Made by a program: the position numbers and the translations under genes
Part shown: positions 45,243-54,540 of the stretch, piece by piece
Layout of the letters: every line of letters begins with the position of its first letter
Numbering within the stretch: the stretch's first letter is position 1
Notes under the pieces: generated by a model
Told to the model about the DNA's origin: nothing
The model's input: only the letters and a program-made list of their open reading frames with translations
Database searches by the model: none
Virus record (IMG/VR): IMGVR_UViG_3300028196_001473
Strand: one strand, 5' to 3'
DNA length: 64,000 bases
Origin: a virus

Positions 45243-46698
45243 GGTTACCACATAAATCCGTTTCTATTAAAGTAACTTCACTTAAATCACCTCTTGCAAT
45301 AGAAACCGAAGGGTATCCACTATATCTATTATCACTTTCACCCTCTTTTTTTATTCTAACGTAAGGTACATCACTATGAGATCCACTACTGTAGTACTGT
45401 TTAAATTGACCTGAAGGACCTACTAAAGGTACCATGGAAAGAGTTATTTTATTCTGATTACCTTTACCCTTTGCAAAAATTTCTTTAGCCAAGGCAGTAT
45501 CAATTTTAAATGTTTGTGTTCTTTTACCCCCTATTACTTTATCTGAAGTTCTACCAGCTTGACTAGTTATTTTGTTATGAAGATCAACGTTAGGTTGTTT
45601 TATTTTTTTCGCGTCAAACTTGAATGTCACACCAAGAGGTACTATTTTCATATAGTATTTATATTGTGAGGCGTTAATTGGTCCGGCAGTATCCTTACTT
45701 GCCGCTACCATTTTCTTTAGGTAATCCTCATCAAAAATATCATTATCCGAATATGTCAGTTGGTTTGGTTTGTTTTCTTTGTAGTAAGATGGTACAAGGT
45801 CTTTATACGCTGCGTATCCACCAATCTCTCTAATTGTCTTTCCGACAAATTTATATCCGTCCAACCATTTTCTTTCACTTGATGGACCGTTTTTAGGGTC
45901 CCTCCTCCATTTGTCAAATTTTGTCGTTTCCCTCTGGATCGCAGAAGTAACTTGACTCGTATTGATCCTAGCAATACGACCCTTTACAGGACTTAACACG
46001 TCAGGTTTAACTTCAGTGGGGCGAAATCCATTTACATCAAATGTTCCATTATTTAAGTTAGCTATACCTAATGGAACCTTATTCATTAGTAATTGGAATA
46101 TTGCCTGATCACATTGATGTCCTTTATCTTTTATCCAACCTATCATAACTTCTAACCCAATTAGACACTCACTCTGACTTGTTGCGGTTACTTTTAACCT
46201 AACAAATTGTTCTTTCTTATATTTTGGATCCTGTGGATTGTCTCCTAACTTTCTATCGTAACGTGTGGAACCTACAATAGTTTTAGGTTTTGGAATTTCA
46301 GGGTATGTAAATGACATTCCCCCATTTTCTAATTTTTTAAAGAAAGTATTTAAATAATTAACCAATGACTGACCTCTTTTAGAAGAAAGGTAACCTTCAG
46401 GTACTGCCTTACCCCCTGATTCATTATCTGCGTTTGTTACCTTAGATTCACCCGCTTCAACCTGAATACTTAATTTAGTTTGAGGGTTTTTAGCTAAGAA
46501 ATTTTGAATAACCTTCATTTGGTTATTTAAGTTTTGGATCTGGTTACTTGTCAGTTTCCAATAACCCGCTCTCCAAACAGAATTAAAATTAACCGTTTCT
46601 GTTTTTGTTTCAGGATTAAACCCAACGGATTGTTCATTAATTGTTTTATAGTCACTAATTAATTTTTTAACCTGACTTTCTTTAAGGTGTATTTTCAT
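45220..46698 (-). CDS. Putative virion-internal protein with OmpA-like domain
   Basis: Leader MKIHLKESQVKKLISDYKTINEQ; IQVEAGES...YLSSKRGQSLVNYL...EQFVRL; TATTTAT upstream (46716-46722). Confidence 0.5.
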   Translation of the reverse strand: MKIHLKESQVKKLISDYKTINEQSVGFNPETKTETVNFNSVWRAGYWKLTSNQIQNLNNQMKVIQNFLAKNPQTKLSIQVEAGESKVTNADNESGGKAVPEGYLSSKRGQSLVNYLNTFFKKLENGGMSFTYPEIPKPKTIVGSTRYDRKLGDNPQDPKYKKEQFVRLKVTATSQSECLIGLEVMIGWIKDKGHQCDQAIFQLLMNKVPLGIANLNNGTFDVNGFRPTEVKPDVLSPVKGRIARINTSQVTSAIQRETTKFDKWRRDPKNGPSSERKWLDGYKFVGKTIREIGGYAAYKDLVPSYYKENKPNQLTYSDNDIFDEDYLKKMVAASKDTAGPINASQYKYYMKIVPLGVTFKFDAKKIKQPNVDLHNKITSQAGRTSDKVIGGKRTQTFKIDTALAKEIFAKGKGNQNKITLSMVPLVGPSGQFKQYYSSGSHSDVPYVRIKKEGESDNRYSGYPSVSIARGDLSEVTLIETDLCGNPIGKVEK

Positions 46699-46746
46699 AG
46701 TATCTTGATATTACTATAAATATCATAAAAAATATAATAAATTTAT

Positions 46747-46777
46747 TTTGATATATCAACAAATAACTTTATATTTG
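46747..46777 (+). promoter_or_regulatory. Bacteroidota-type promoter (TTTG-N19-TATATTTG)
   Basis: Both elements present with canonical spacing. Confidence 0.75.
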
Positions 46778-46804
46778 TAGTGTAAAACGTTAAAAAAGGT
46801 AATT

Positions 46805-48064
46805 ATGAAAACAAATAGTTTAAAATTTTTAGTATTAATCATACTTTTCTTTGTATTTTCTTGTCAGAAAGAAGAGTTATTTGTTGAAGAAGATGTATTT
46901 GTTGAGGAAATTGTAGAACCTTTATCTATAGAAGGTGGTGAATACTTGGAGGTACCCGAATATCTATCCACACCTATAAGTGGTTCAGAATTAGTTATAC
47001 CCACAATTATAATAAATTACATACCATCTAATGATGGGACCACTATTAAAGATGAGTTTGCCGAATTGGAGGCGGTGAGAGATTGGGGGGATAATGTTGT
47101 TTATGGTTTAAGTGTTGAGTCGGTGATGAATTATTTTAAAGGTAGTGACATTAGACAAAAATGGTCTATGGAAGAGGGTTCTAGATATCACGGTCAAGAA
47201 GATATCAACTCATCACCGTACTTAGGTTTTGATGTAATTGAATATATTAATATATATGAAATGGATTTCACTGAAGATGGTCAAATCGATTATTTTAAGT
47301 TGTTTGAAAAATTAGGTATTGAAGGTAAGGTGGAAGATTTAGGTGTAAAAGAAATATGGTTTAATCATTTCCCTGATGGTTATAGTATACCTGAAAGTAA
47401 CATGAGTAGTCCCCATAAAATATTTACACATAATGGATTGTTAACTAGTGATGTATCAAACAGTTACCGTAATGACGACGACTTACCAATATATGATAAA
47501 ACATATGTGGTCTATGGACAAACAGGTTGGTACGCTAACAATGTACACAACAGGGGTCATCAAATTGAAGCTCAGTTAAGTGTGTGGGAAACATATAGAA
47601 ATAATTATGATTTATCTTATTTGTTTTATCAGAAATTTGGAGGTTATCCTGAGGGTGACCCACAACCATATTATAGGGGTGGTAGAGTTGGTTTAGTACA
47701 CTACCCACCAAATGCGGATGGTGATTACCATTATGATAGTGATGTTCCTGTTGAGAGTGATATATTAGATTGGATACCTAATGGGGGTGGATCTACTAAA
47801 ACAATCAGTAAAAGTGATTGGGCATACCCAAGAACAATGGAAACACCCACACCCACTATTAATGATCATGGTAAATTTGGTTCGTATGGTGGTAGTTACG
47901 AGGTTGGTGGAGACCCACATGGTGGTTGGTTAATATACTGGATGCAGTCTATACCATCTAAGGATAATAACATTCAATACGGGGAGTACACAATAACAAA
48001 TTGGTGGGATATAATCTATAAATGGGACGAAACCATAACGAATAACCATAACTTGTTTGAATAA
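46805..48064 (+). CDS. Lipoprotein with degenerate zincin-like motif
   Basis: Lipobox FFVFSC; VHNRGHQIEAQL. Confidence 0.55.
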   Translation: MKTNSLKFLVLIILFFVFSCQKEELFVEEDVFVEEIVEPLSIEGGEYLEVPEYLSTPISGSELVIPTIIINYIPSNDGTTIKDEFAELEAVRDWGDNVVYGLSVESVMNYFKGSDIRQKWSMEEGSRYHGQEDINSSPYLGFDVIEYINIYEMDFTEDGQIDYFKLFEKLGIEGKVEDLGVKEIWFNHFPDGYSIPESNMSSPHKIFTHNGLLTSDVSNSYRNDDDLPIYDKTYVVYGQTGWYANNVHNRGHQIEAQLSVWETYRNNYDLSYLFYQKFGGYPEGDPQPYYRGGRVGLVHYPPNADGDYHYDSDVPVESDILDWIPNGGGSTKTISKSDWAYPRTMETPTPTINDHGKFGSYGGSYEVGGDPHGGWLIYWMQSIPSKDNNIQYGEYTITNWWDIIYKWDETITNNHNLFE

Positions 48065-48090
48065 ATTTAGTATATTACAAAAAAGATTAG

Positions 48091-48098
48091 TATATTTG
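48091..48098 (+). promoter_or_regulatory. Bacteroidota-type -7 box TATATTTG
   Basis: Matches TAnnTTTG, 25 nt before ATG 48124. Confidence 0.65.
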
Positions 48099-48123
48099 TA
48101 TTAATAACAAAAAAAAGTAAAAG

Positions 48124-48678
48124 ATGAAGACATTAGTAATTCACCCCAATGACAGAAGTACGTGGTTCTTAGATGTTGTTTATAAAAATATCAAAGACCT
48201 AACCTTAGTAACGGGTAATGTAAGTAGAAACGAAGTAAAATCAATGATAAGAGATCATGATCGTGTTATGATGATGGGACATGGGTCACCAGGTGGTCTG
48301 TTTAGTGTTGGTCAGTTTCCTTCTCAATCTAATAACGGTTATATTATTGATGGTGAGATGGTAGAACTTTTAAAAGAGAAGGACAATTCTATATTCATAT
48401 GGTGTAACGCCGATCAGTTCGTTGAAAAACACGATCTAAAAGGTTTTTATACGGGTATGTTTATTAGTGAAGTGGGTGAAGCAATGTATTGTGGGTTACC
48501 TAAAACGAGACAACCTGAAGTAGACGAGTCTAATTTCTCCTTTGTTGAAATCATGGGAGAGTGTATAGACAATGACTCAACTACCATATACACTATTGCC
48601 AAAGAAAAATATGGGGAGTTAGTTGGTACAAACCCTGTGGCAAAATACAATCACGAACGTTTATATCTAAATCAATAA
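48124..48678 (+). CDS. Conserved hypothetical phage protein
   Basis: LVIHPNDRST, MMMGHGSPGGLF, IWCNAD, GMFISE. Confidence 0.6.
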   Translation: MKTLVIHPNDRSTWFLDVVYKNIKDLTLVTGNVSRNEVKSMIRDHDRVMMMGHGSPGGLFSVGQFPSQSNNGYIIDGEMVELLKEKDNSIFIWCNADQFVEKHDLKGFYTGMFISEVGEAMYCGLPKTRQPEVDESNFSFVEIMGECIDNDSTTIYTIAKEKYGELVGTNPVAKYNHERLYLNQ

Positions 48679-48681
48679 GTT

Positions 48682-48777
48682 ATGGTATCTGAATGTTGTG
48701 GAGCCACTGAGTGGATTGAAGGTTCAAATAGATGTGGGGATTGTAAAGAGTGGTGTGAATTTGTTAACGAAGAATAG
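48682..48777 (+). CDS. 31-aa Cys-rich microprotein (not in ORF track)
   Basis: Manual translation MVSECCGATEWIEGSNRCGDCKEWCEFVNEE. Confidence 0.5.
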   Translation: MVSECCGATEWIEGSNRCGDCKEWCEFVNEE

Positions 48778-48785
48778 AGATTAGT

Positions 48786-49316
48786 ATGGAATGGTATTTA
48801 GAGACAGATATAATGATTGCGTACCTAGTAGTCGCTATCGGTATCATAGGATTATTATTACAGAATAGATACGGATATAATCCGAAACTTAGGGATATGG
48901 AAGATCCTCATATTATGGACGCCATAGATACCTTTGGAACAATGATGAGTAATGTCTATTCTTTACCACCAGTTAAAATAGTAATTGAAGATCTAAGTAA
49001 TGAAAGTGCCGTTTACGTTGATGGACCTATTGAGGCGTGTTTTATGCCTAAAGATAAAAACGGTTCAAGAATAATTATTGACTTAGAGAGATTAAAAAGT
49101 GATGGTTGGGACCTAAGTACCTTATGTTCTGTTGTAATTCATGAGTATACCCATTACTATGACTGTTCCCTTTTTGATGATTACAAAGATTGGTTAAAGG
49201 ATTATGAATCCAATCCATGGCACTACGAATTACGTTCCGAACAATCTGAAAAAGATTACACAAAAACACTTATGAAAGAGTATTGTGAACTTACTAAACA
49301 AACTAATAGTTTGTAA
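48786..49316 (+). CDS. Membrane-anchored zincin-like metallopeptidase
   Basis: N-terminal TM; VVIHEYTH (HExxH); downstream E in YELRS. Confidence 0.65.
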   Translation: MEWYLETDIMIAYLVVAIGIIGLLLQNRYGYNPKLRDMEDPHIMDAIDTFGTMMSNVYSLPPVKIVIEDLSNESAVYVDGPIEACFMPKDKNGSRIIIDLERLKSDGWDLSTLCSVVIHEYTHYYDCSLFDDYKDWLKDYESNPWHYELRSEQSEKDYTKTLMKEYCELTKQTNSL

Positions 49317-49337
49317 ACTCACTAAAAAATAAACTAT

Positions 49338-49964
49338 ATGGCAAAGTATAAATTAGAAATGTATGGATGGGAAGTTGAGTCAACAGGACATTCAATTACA
49401 GATGAACAGGTCAAATCTATTGAAGATTTAATTAAAACTAAGGGTGTTGATGAACTATGGGAAGTTCGTTTCGACCTTGAAGATGAGGGGATAATTGAGG
49501 ATCTTTATAATCCTGATTTATGGCACGTATCAAGAGCATCAGATAATGGTGGGTTATGGTTTGTTGTAAACGATGAGAATGGTAAAGAGGTCTTGACTTT
49601 CAATGGTGAGGACATGAATGATTTTTACGAAGTATTAGGTGATGATGCCGATGACGTACCATATGAAGGGTACTTAGCAATACCTGGTGAAGGTGATAAA
49701 TCAAAGGTGGAAAACATATTTGTAACCTTTGATGAAAATAAAGGTGGTGTAGCTGAGTTTGAACCTTTTGAATCAGACACAGTACCAACTGCGAAAGATT
49801 TCTGTTATCAAAGTGGTGACATTGGAACACCTGAAGGTGATTGGGATTTTGTCTCTAAAGTATTTTTTAGGGGTAAAGAGTTGGATGTTTATGATCACTT
49901 AGATAATCGTGGTAAATCATCCACAGTCGAAATTTACCGTAAAAACAAACCCACAATTTCATAA
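49338..49964 (+). CDS. Acidic hypothetical protein
   Basis: 208-aa ORF, no recognised motif. Confidence 0.6.
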   Translation: MAKYKLEMYGWEVESTGHSITDEQVKSIEDLIKTKGVDELWEVRFDLEDEGIIEDLYNPDLWHVSRASDNGGLWFVVNDENGKEVLTFNGEDMNDFYEVLGDDADDVPYEGYLAIPGEGDKSKVENIFVTFDENKGGVAEFEPFESDTVPTAKDFCYQSGDIGTPEGDWDFVSKVFFRGKELDVYDHLDNRGKSSTVEIYRKNKPTIS

Positions 49965-50013
49965 ACGGTTGATTAATTCAAATTATTTATCTATATTTTA
50001 AAAAAAGTATAGT

Positions 50014-50259
50014 ATGGATAGTAATGAATTTGTAATATGGTTAAGAGGTTTCGTTGAAGCGTCAGGTACAGAATTAAGTGTCACTCAACTAAGTACCGTA
50101 AAAAATAAATTAGAGACCGTCACTGAGGTTGAATGTGGTTATAATAATCCATTAATACCCCCAACTTACTCTCCACCTACTATTTCACCAAACACCCCTT
50201 TTGATACTCCAGACAAAATATGGTGTTCCACAAATACGGGAGGAGTTGATTTTAACTAA
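50014..50259 (+). CDS. Hypothetical protein
   Basis: MDSNEFVIWLRGF start, a common small phage protein pattern. Confidence 0.55.
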   Translation: MDSNEFVIWLRGFVEASGTELSVTQLSTVKNKLETVTEVECGYNNPLIPPTYSPPTISPNTPFDTPDKIWCSTNTGGVDFN

Positions 50260-50276
50260 TAGAAAATTTAAATTAT

Positions 50277-51242
50277 ATGATTAGAACCGCAGAATGTGTA
50301 TCCCCAATGCACCCAGACAAGATGTGTGATAGAATTTCGGACACATTATTAGACCTACACTTAGAACAAGACCCTAATTCACGATGTGCAATTGAGACAT
50401 GTGGTGGTTTAGGTGAGGTTTACATTACAGGAGAAGTTACCTCTAACGCGATAGTAACAAGAGAAAATATTGTAAAGGTGGTTCACGATATAACTACTGA
50501 CGATTCAATTAATGTAATCATTAATATTAATACCCAATCACCTGAGATATCACAAGGGGTTGACGTTGGTGGTGCGGGTGATCAGGGGATCATGATAGGA
50601 TATGCATGTAATGACAACGAACAAAAATTACCACAAGAATATTTTTTAGCACGTGAACTGAATAAACTTGTATACCAATTTTTTCCATATGATGGTAAAA
50701 CCCAAGTTACAATAGACGGACTTAAGGTACGAGTCGTATGTTCATTTCAAAATGCACCTAAAAATAAATTAGAGGAATTGGTTGTTTTATTCTTTGAAGA
50801 AAGATATGATAAATATACCATACAATCATTACATTGTAACCCTGCAGGAGATTGGAACATTGGTGGTTTCACTGCAGATGCAGGATTAACAGGTAGAAAA
50901 CTCGCAGTAGATAACTATGGACCGCGTGTACCTATTGGTGGTGGTGCGTTTAGTGGTAAGGACGCAACTAAGGTTGATAGATCGGCAGCATATATGGCAA
51001 GAAGAATTGCTGTGGACTATCTAGAGTTATATGGTGGTGATGAGTGTATTGTAACCTTGGCGTATGCTATAGGATACGACCAACCATTACAAGCAACAGC
51101 AGACTGTAACGGACATATCGTACCTATCGAAGGTTACGACTTAACCCCTCGGGGTATAATAGATTTCTTAGAGTTAAGGAATCCGATTTACAAAGAAACT
51201 TCAATGTTTGGTCACATGGGATGTGATTTTACGTGGAAGTAG
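50277..51242 (+). CDS. metK: S-adenosylmethionine synthetase
   Basis: ECVSPMHPDKMCD, GAGDQG, DGKTQV, DAGLTGRK, GGGAFSGKDATKVDRS. Confidence 0.96.
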   Translation: MIRTAECVSPMHPDKMCDRISDTLLDLHLEQDPNSRCAIETCGGLGEVYITGEVTSNAIVTRENIVKVVHDITTDDSINVIININTQSPEISQGVDVGGAGDQGIMIGYACNDNEQKLPQEYFLARELNKLVYQFFPYDGKTQVTIDGLKVRVVCSFQNAPKNKLEELVVLFFEERYDKYTIQSLHCNPAGDWNIGGFTADAGLTGRKLAVDNYGPRVPIGGGAFSGKDATKVDRSAAYMARRIAVDYLELYGGDECIVTLAYAIGYDQPLQATADCNGHIVPIEGYDLTPRGIIDFLELRNPIYKETSMFGHMGCDFTWK

Positions 51243-51273
51243 TTGACTATTAAAATTATTTATAGTATATTTG
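51243..51273 (+). promoter_or_regulatory. Bacteroidota-type promoter (TTG-N20-TATATTTG)
   Basis: Upstream of the Hc1-like gene. Confidence 0.7.
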
Positions 51274-51305
51274 TAATATCATAATAAAAAATTAATTTTA
51301 AACAC

Positions 51306-51473
51306 ATGAGTAAGAAAGCAGAAATTTTCGAACAGATTCAAGAACACTTCACAGCGTTCACAGAGAATCACAATGCAACAACCAAGGCGGGTGCAACAAG
51401 AGCACGTAAACACATTGGTGAAGTTAAGAAATTAGTTACTGACTACAGAAAGGCGTCAGTTGCTGAATCTTAA
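51306..51473 (+). CDS. Histone H1-like nucleoid protein (Hc1 family-like), 55 aa (not in ORF track)
   Basis: Manual translation ...TKAGATRARKHIGEVKKLVTDYRKASV; own promoter and terminator. Confidence 0.75.
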   Translation: MSKKAEIFEQIQEHFTAFTENHNATTKAGATRARKHIGEVKKLVTDYRKASVAES

Positions 51474-51501
51474 TATCGTATATCGAGATACACGATAATA
51501 G

Positions 51502-51532
51502 AAAACCCTCACAGAAATGTGAGGGTTTTTTT
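51502..51532 (+). terminator. Intrinsic terminator, possibly bidirectional
   Basis: AAAACCCTCACA-GAAA-TGTGAGGGTTTT between convergent genes. Confidence 0.85.
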
Positions 51533-51555
51533 ATTTAAACTAATATTTGTGCCAA

Positions 51556-51957
51556 TTAGAATTTATTACCTTCCCGTAATTCATCTACCTCTTCTTGAAT
51601 CTCCACTAAATCTTTTGGGAGTACCAAATCTAAACCAGACTTAATCGATTTCTCTAAAACCCCATCAACAAATATGAGTAGAGTCGGAGCCATACGGATC
51701 CTATATTTCTTTTTAGCATTTGGTGCTGATTCCACATTACATCTAAGATAGGTTACTCCTTTTAAAGATTTCCATTCCTTAAACTCATTTACCTTATTAA
51801 ACTCAACCCAAAACTCAACAACCGTTATGGTGACCTCATCATCACCAAATGGATGTTTTTGTTGAACTTCAGATTCAAAGTTTGAATCATTAATCCACTG
51901 TTGTGAATATAATTGTGTAGATATTAATAAGGATAGTAATATAATTATACCTCTCAT
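51556..51957 (-). CDS. Exported thioredoxin-fold protein lacking CxxC
   Basis: Signal peptide from ATG 51957; VVEFWVEFN in place of FWAxWC; YRIRMAPTLLIF.DG. Confidence 0.6.
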   Translation of the reverse strand: MRGIIILLSLLISTQLYSQQWINDSNFESEVQQKHPFGDDEVTITVVEFWVEFNKVNEFKEWKSLKGVTYLRCNVESAPNAKKKYRIRMAPTLLIFVDGVLEKSIKSGLDLVLPKDLVEIQEEVDELREGNKF

Positions 51958-51958
51958 T

Positions 51959-52243
51959 TTAGTTCTTTTTTTGTAACTCATACAATCTCCCATCAATCTT
52001 CTCTAACTCTCTCAATATAGACTCCACATCTTCTTGAGTATCCATAATGGTTTGTCTGATCAACTCATCTTTAAGATCATATTCTGTCCTAGTTATGTTT
52101 GGTTTGGGTAATTCCTTAGCTTCATTGATATCGGACTGTAAAGTAAACCACATACCTACAACAGTCGCAACAAAGAATAAAATAATACCAATTGTTTTTA
52201 AATCTAATGTAATTTTTGTCCCTTCACTTAATTGTTTGGCCAT
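51959..52243 (-). CDS. Single-TM coiled-coil protein
   Basis: TM IGIILFFVATVVGMWF followed by a heptad-rich region. Confidence 0.6.
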   Translation of the reverse strand: MAKQLSEGTKITLDLKTIGIILFFVATVVGMWFTLQSDINEAKELPKPNITRTEYDLKDELIRQTIMDTQEDVESILRELEKIDGRLYELQKKN

Positions 52244-52250
52244 GATTATC

Positions 52251-53480
52251 TTATCTAAATGTATAGTTTAATCCGAATGTACTGTAGAAAAATTCTGTAT
52301 CCCACATTCTTGTATATTCTCCTTCAACGAAAATTCCTAACTTTCTTCCTACTTTCCAACCAATGTTAGCACCGAATTGAAAATCGTTCCACTGTTCAAA
52401 TTCAGAATCTTGTCTTAATCCACCTTTACCCCAATTGTTTCTATTACCATAATCGAAGTCATCATCACCCATTACGTAGGAATGGTAAGGTAATATGTAG
52501 TTACCATAAGCATGTGCCCAAAATTTTGGGGTGTAGTGATAGAAATCAAAACCAACTACAGGAGACACTAATCCAAACTGACCAATTTCATCCCACATTT
52601 CATTGTTGAAGTCATTAATTAAATCTCTGAATACACCATCTCTAAATTCTAAATCTGAATCAGCCACTCTTTCACCATCTTCGTTTTGCCAAAACCAATC
52701 GTTTCTTTCTACCTCGTCACCAGTAACTGGATCTATGTATGTTTCTGTATAATATTGGTCCGTATAACCATTATCATATCCTAAAGTGTACCAAGGGTTT
52801 ATTGGGTTACCATCCACATCTTCTTCATTTACCCACACTTCAAATGGATTATACCCATACGCTCTATCATGTGTTCTGAACATTACACCGCCCGATAAAG
52901 AAAATTTCTTACCTATTGGTAATCTTGCTCTCACTTCCGCTGATTTATATTTGAAATCGAATGCACCTTGCTCTCTTGATTCTAATTTGACTATATGGTA
53001 TTTACCTGTGTGTCTAATGAAGTATCTTGAGTTGTTCCAAACATCACCTCTGTTACGTTCTTTCTCCCAATGAAATAGGTATTCAAATCCTTGAACTGCC
53101 GATGTAGGGGCGGACAACGCAATTTGTCGTTCTCTATCAGCATTACCTGTCCAAAAATTACCGGGTTTTCTTTCATAATCAAACCTAGCTAACTTTCTAA
53201 TACCAAAACCTATTCTATAATCAAATGGGTTATACTCAGTCCCGTCAACTACAACAGGTATACTGTAGATACTACCATTATCGTTAGTTCTTACAAAATA
53301 TTCTTTCCTTGCTGGTTCATACGAGTTACGGATGTCTCCCGCCCCATAAATTGTTCCATATTTTAAAAAATCATTGTAGAATTCCTTAAGAAAAGAGTCT
53401 TTTTTCTCTTTTACTTCCTTTTGTGCAAGTGCGGGTGTCGCACATAGAATACACATTAATAATACTATTACGTTTCTCAT
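52251..53480 (-). CDS. Exported outer-membrane beta-barrel-like protein
   Basis: Signal peptide ending ALA; aromatic-rich alternating strands; C-terminal GLNYTFR; TATTTAT upstream (53524-53530). Confidence 0.6.
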   Translation of the reverse strand: MRNVIVLLMCILCATPALAQKEVKEKKDSFLKEFYNDFLKYGTIYGAGDIRNSYEPARKEYFVRTNDNGSIYSIPVVVDGTEYNPFDYRIGFGIRKLARFDYERKPGNFWTGNADRERQIALSAPTSAVQGFEYLFHWEKERNRGDVWNNSRYFIRHTGKYHIVKLESREQGAFDFKYKSAEVRARLPIGKKFSLSGGVMFRTHDRAYGYNPFEVWVNEEDVDGNPINPWYTLGYDNGYTDQYYTETYIDPVTGDEVERNDWFWQNEDGERVADSDLEFRDGVFRDLINDFNNEMWDEIGQFGLVSPVVGFDFYHYTPKFWAHAYGNYILPYHSYVMGDDDFDYGNRNNWGKGGLRQDSEFEQWNDFQFGANIGWKVGRKLGIFVEGEYTRMWDTEFFYSTFGLNYTFR

Positions 53481-53556
53481 CTTTTAATTAAAGTGTTTTT
53501 TAATCATTATTTTTACTTTAACTATAAATATCTGGCCTTTATTAAAAAAATATTAT

Positions 53557-53564
53557 TATATTTG
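53557..53564 (+). promoter_or_regulatory. Bacteroidota-type -7 box TATATTTG
   Basis: Matches TAnnTTTG upstream of ATG 53579. Confidence 0.6.
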
Positions 53565-53578
53565 TATAAATAAATATT

Positions 53579-53743
53579 ATGAGCTACCAAGATATAATAA
53601 GAAACCTAACACAGATAAAGGGTCTATGTGATGATGATTGTCCAAAGATGGCATCGGAAAGGATAAGTTGGTTGATAACCGACATAAAAAAACACACTGA
53701 GAGACTATCTCTATGGGATAGATTAACTTCCTTAAATAAGTAA
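53579..53743 (+). CDS. 54-aa hypothetical protein (not in ORF track)
   Basis: Manual translation MSYQDIIRNLTQIKGLCDDDCPK... Confidence 0.45.
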   Translation: MSYQDIIRNLTQIKGLCDDDCPKMASERISWLITDIKKHTERLSLWDRLTSLNK

Positions 53744-53850
53744 AAATGAAAAAAAAATCCACTTACAATATTGTATTTGCATTATTTTTAACATTATATA
53801 TACTCTCAAGAGTCATTAGATATATTATTAATAATTAAATTAAGTAAATT

Positions 53851-54051
53851 ATGAAACTTTACGACGTACCAAGAAATAGTAGAATTAAAGTGATCAGTGA
53901 TATTAAGGTTCCACCCGCAGCACCCCATATCGAGGAACAGGAAGAACTTAATTTCAGATCCATAGATGGAATGTATAGTTATTGTACACGAGACAATGGT
54001 GAGGTGGTTCATTTGGTGGCTTGGGCGGATGTTGAAGTCATAAATAAGTAA
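53851..54051 (+). CDS. Small conserved phage protein
   Basis: MKLYDVPRNSRI...IDGMYSYC...VHL. Confidence 0.6.
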   Translation: MKLYDVPRNSRIKVISDIKVPPAAPHIEEQEELNFRSIDGMYSYCTRDNGEVVHLVAWADVEVINK

Positions 54052-54071
54052 ATTAAACTATTTATAGTATT

Positions 54072-54242
54072 ATGATAGAATTTTTTAGACATATATTTGG
54101 ATTTTGTGGTGAACACTTCCACCCAAATGTATGGACTGCAATGGCATCGGCCCCGATCATTGCAACAACAGTACACTACATAAAATGTAAGTGTGGTGGT
54201 TGGTTCTTTCATAAAAAGAGTTGTGATGAGAAAAATAATTAA
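54072..54242 (+). CDS. 56-aa His/Cys-containing membrane microprotein (not in ORF track)
   Basis: Manual translation MIEFFRHIFGFCGEHFHPN...KCKCGGWFFHKKSC. Confidence 0.55.
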   Translation: MIEFFRHIFGFCGEHFHPNVWTAMASAPIIATTVHYIKCKCGGWFFHKKSCDEKNN

Positions 54243-54438
54243 AATATCCCTGTTATTCTTATTGGTATTGAGTTTTACTTCTTGTGCATGTTATCATTGT
54301 CCAAGAGTATACAAAGATCGTAGTGTCCCAACCGGCATACATGTACCCCTCAAAAAGAATACAAAACAAAACAAGTACGGACCAAAAAAACCGTATTATG
54401 GTAAACCTGAAAAAAGAACCAGGTTAAGACCTTGGTAA
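54226..54438 (+). CDS. Small basic lipoprotein
   Basis: MRKIIKISLLFLLVLSFTSC lipobox; start at ATG 54226. Confidence 0.6.
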   Translation: MRKIIKISLLFLLVLSFTSCACYHCPRVYKDRSVPTGIHVPLKKNTKQNKYGPKKPYYGKPEKRTRLRPW

Positions 54439-54540
54439 TTACCTAAACTATTTAATCTTATACCCCTAAAACTTGACTTTTCCGTTGTTTTTAGTTATAT
54501 TTTTGTATACTTATATTAATACACTAATAATATCTAAAAA

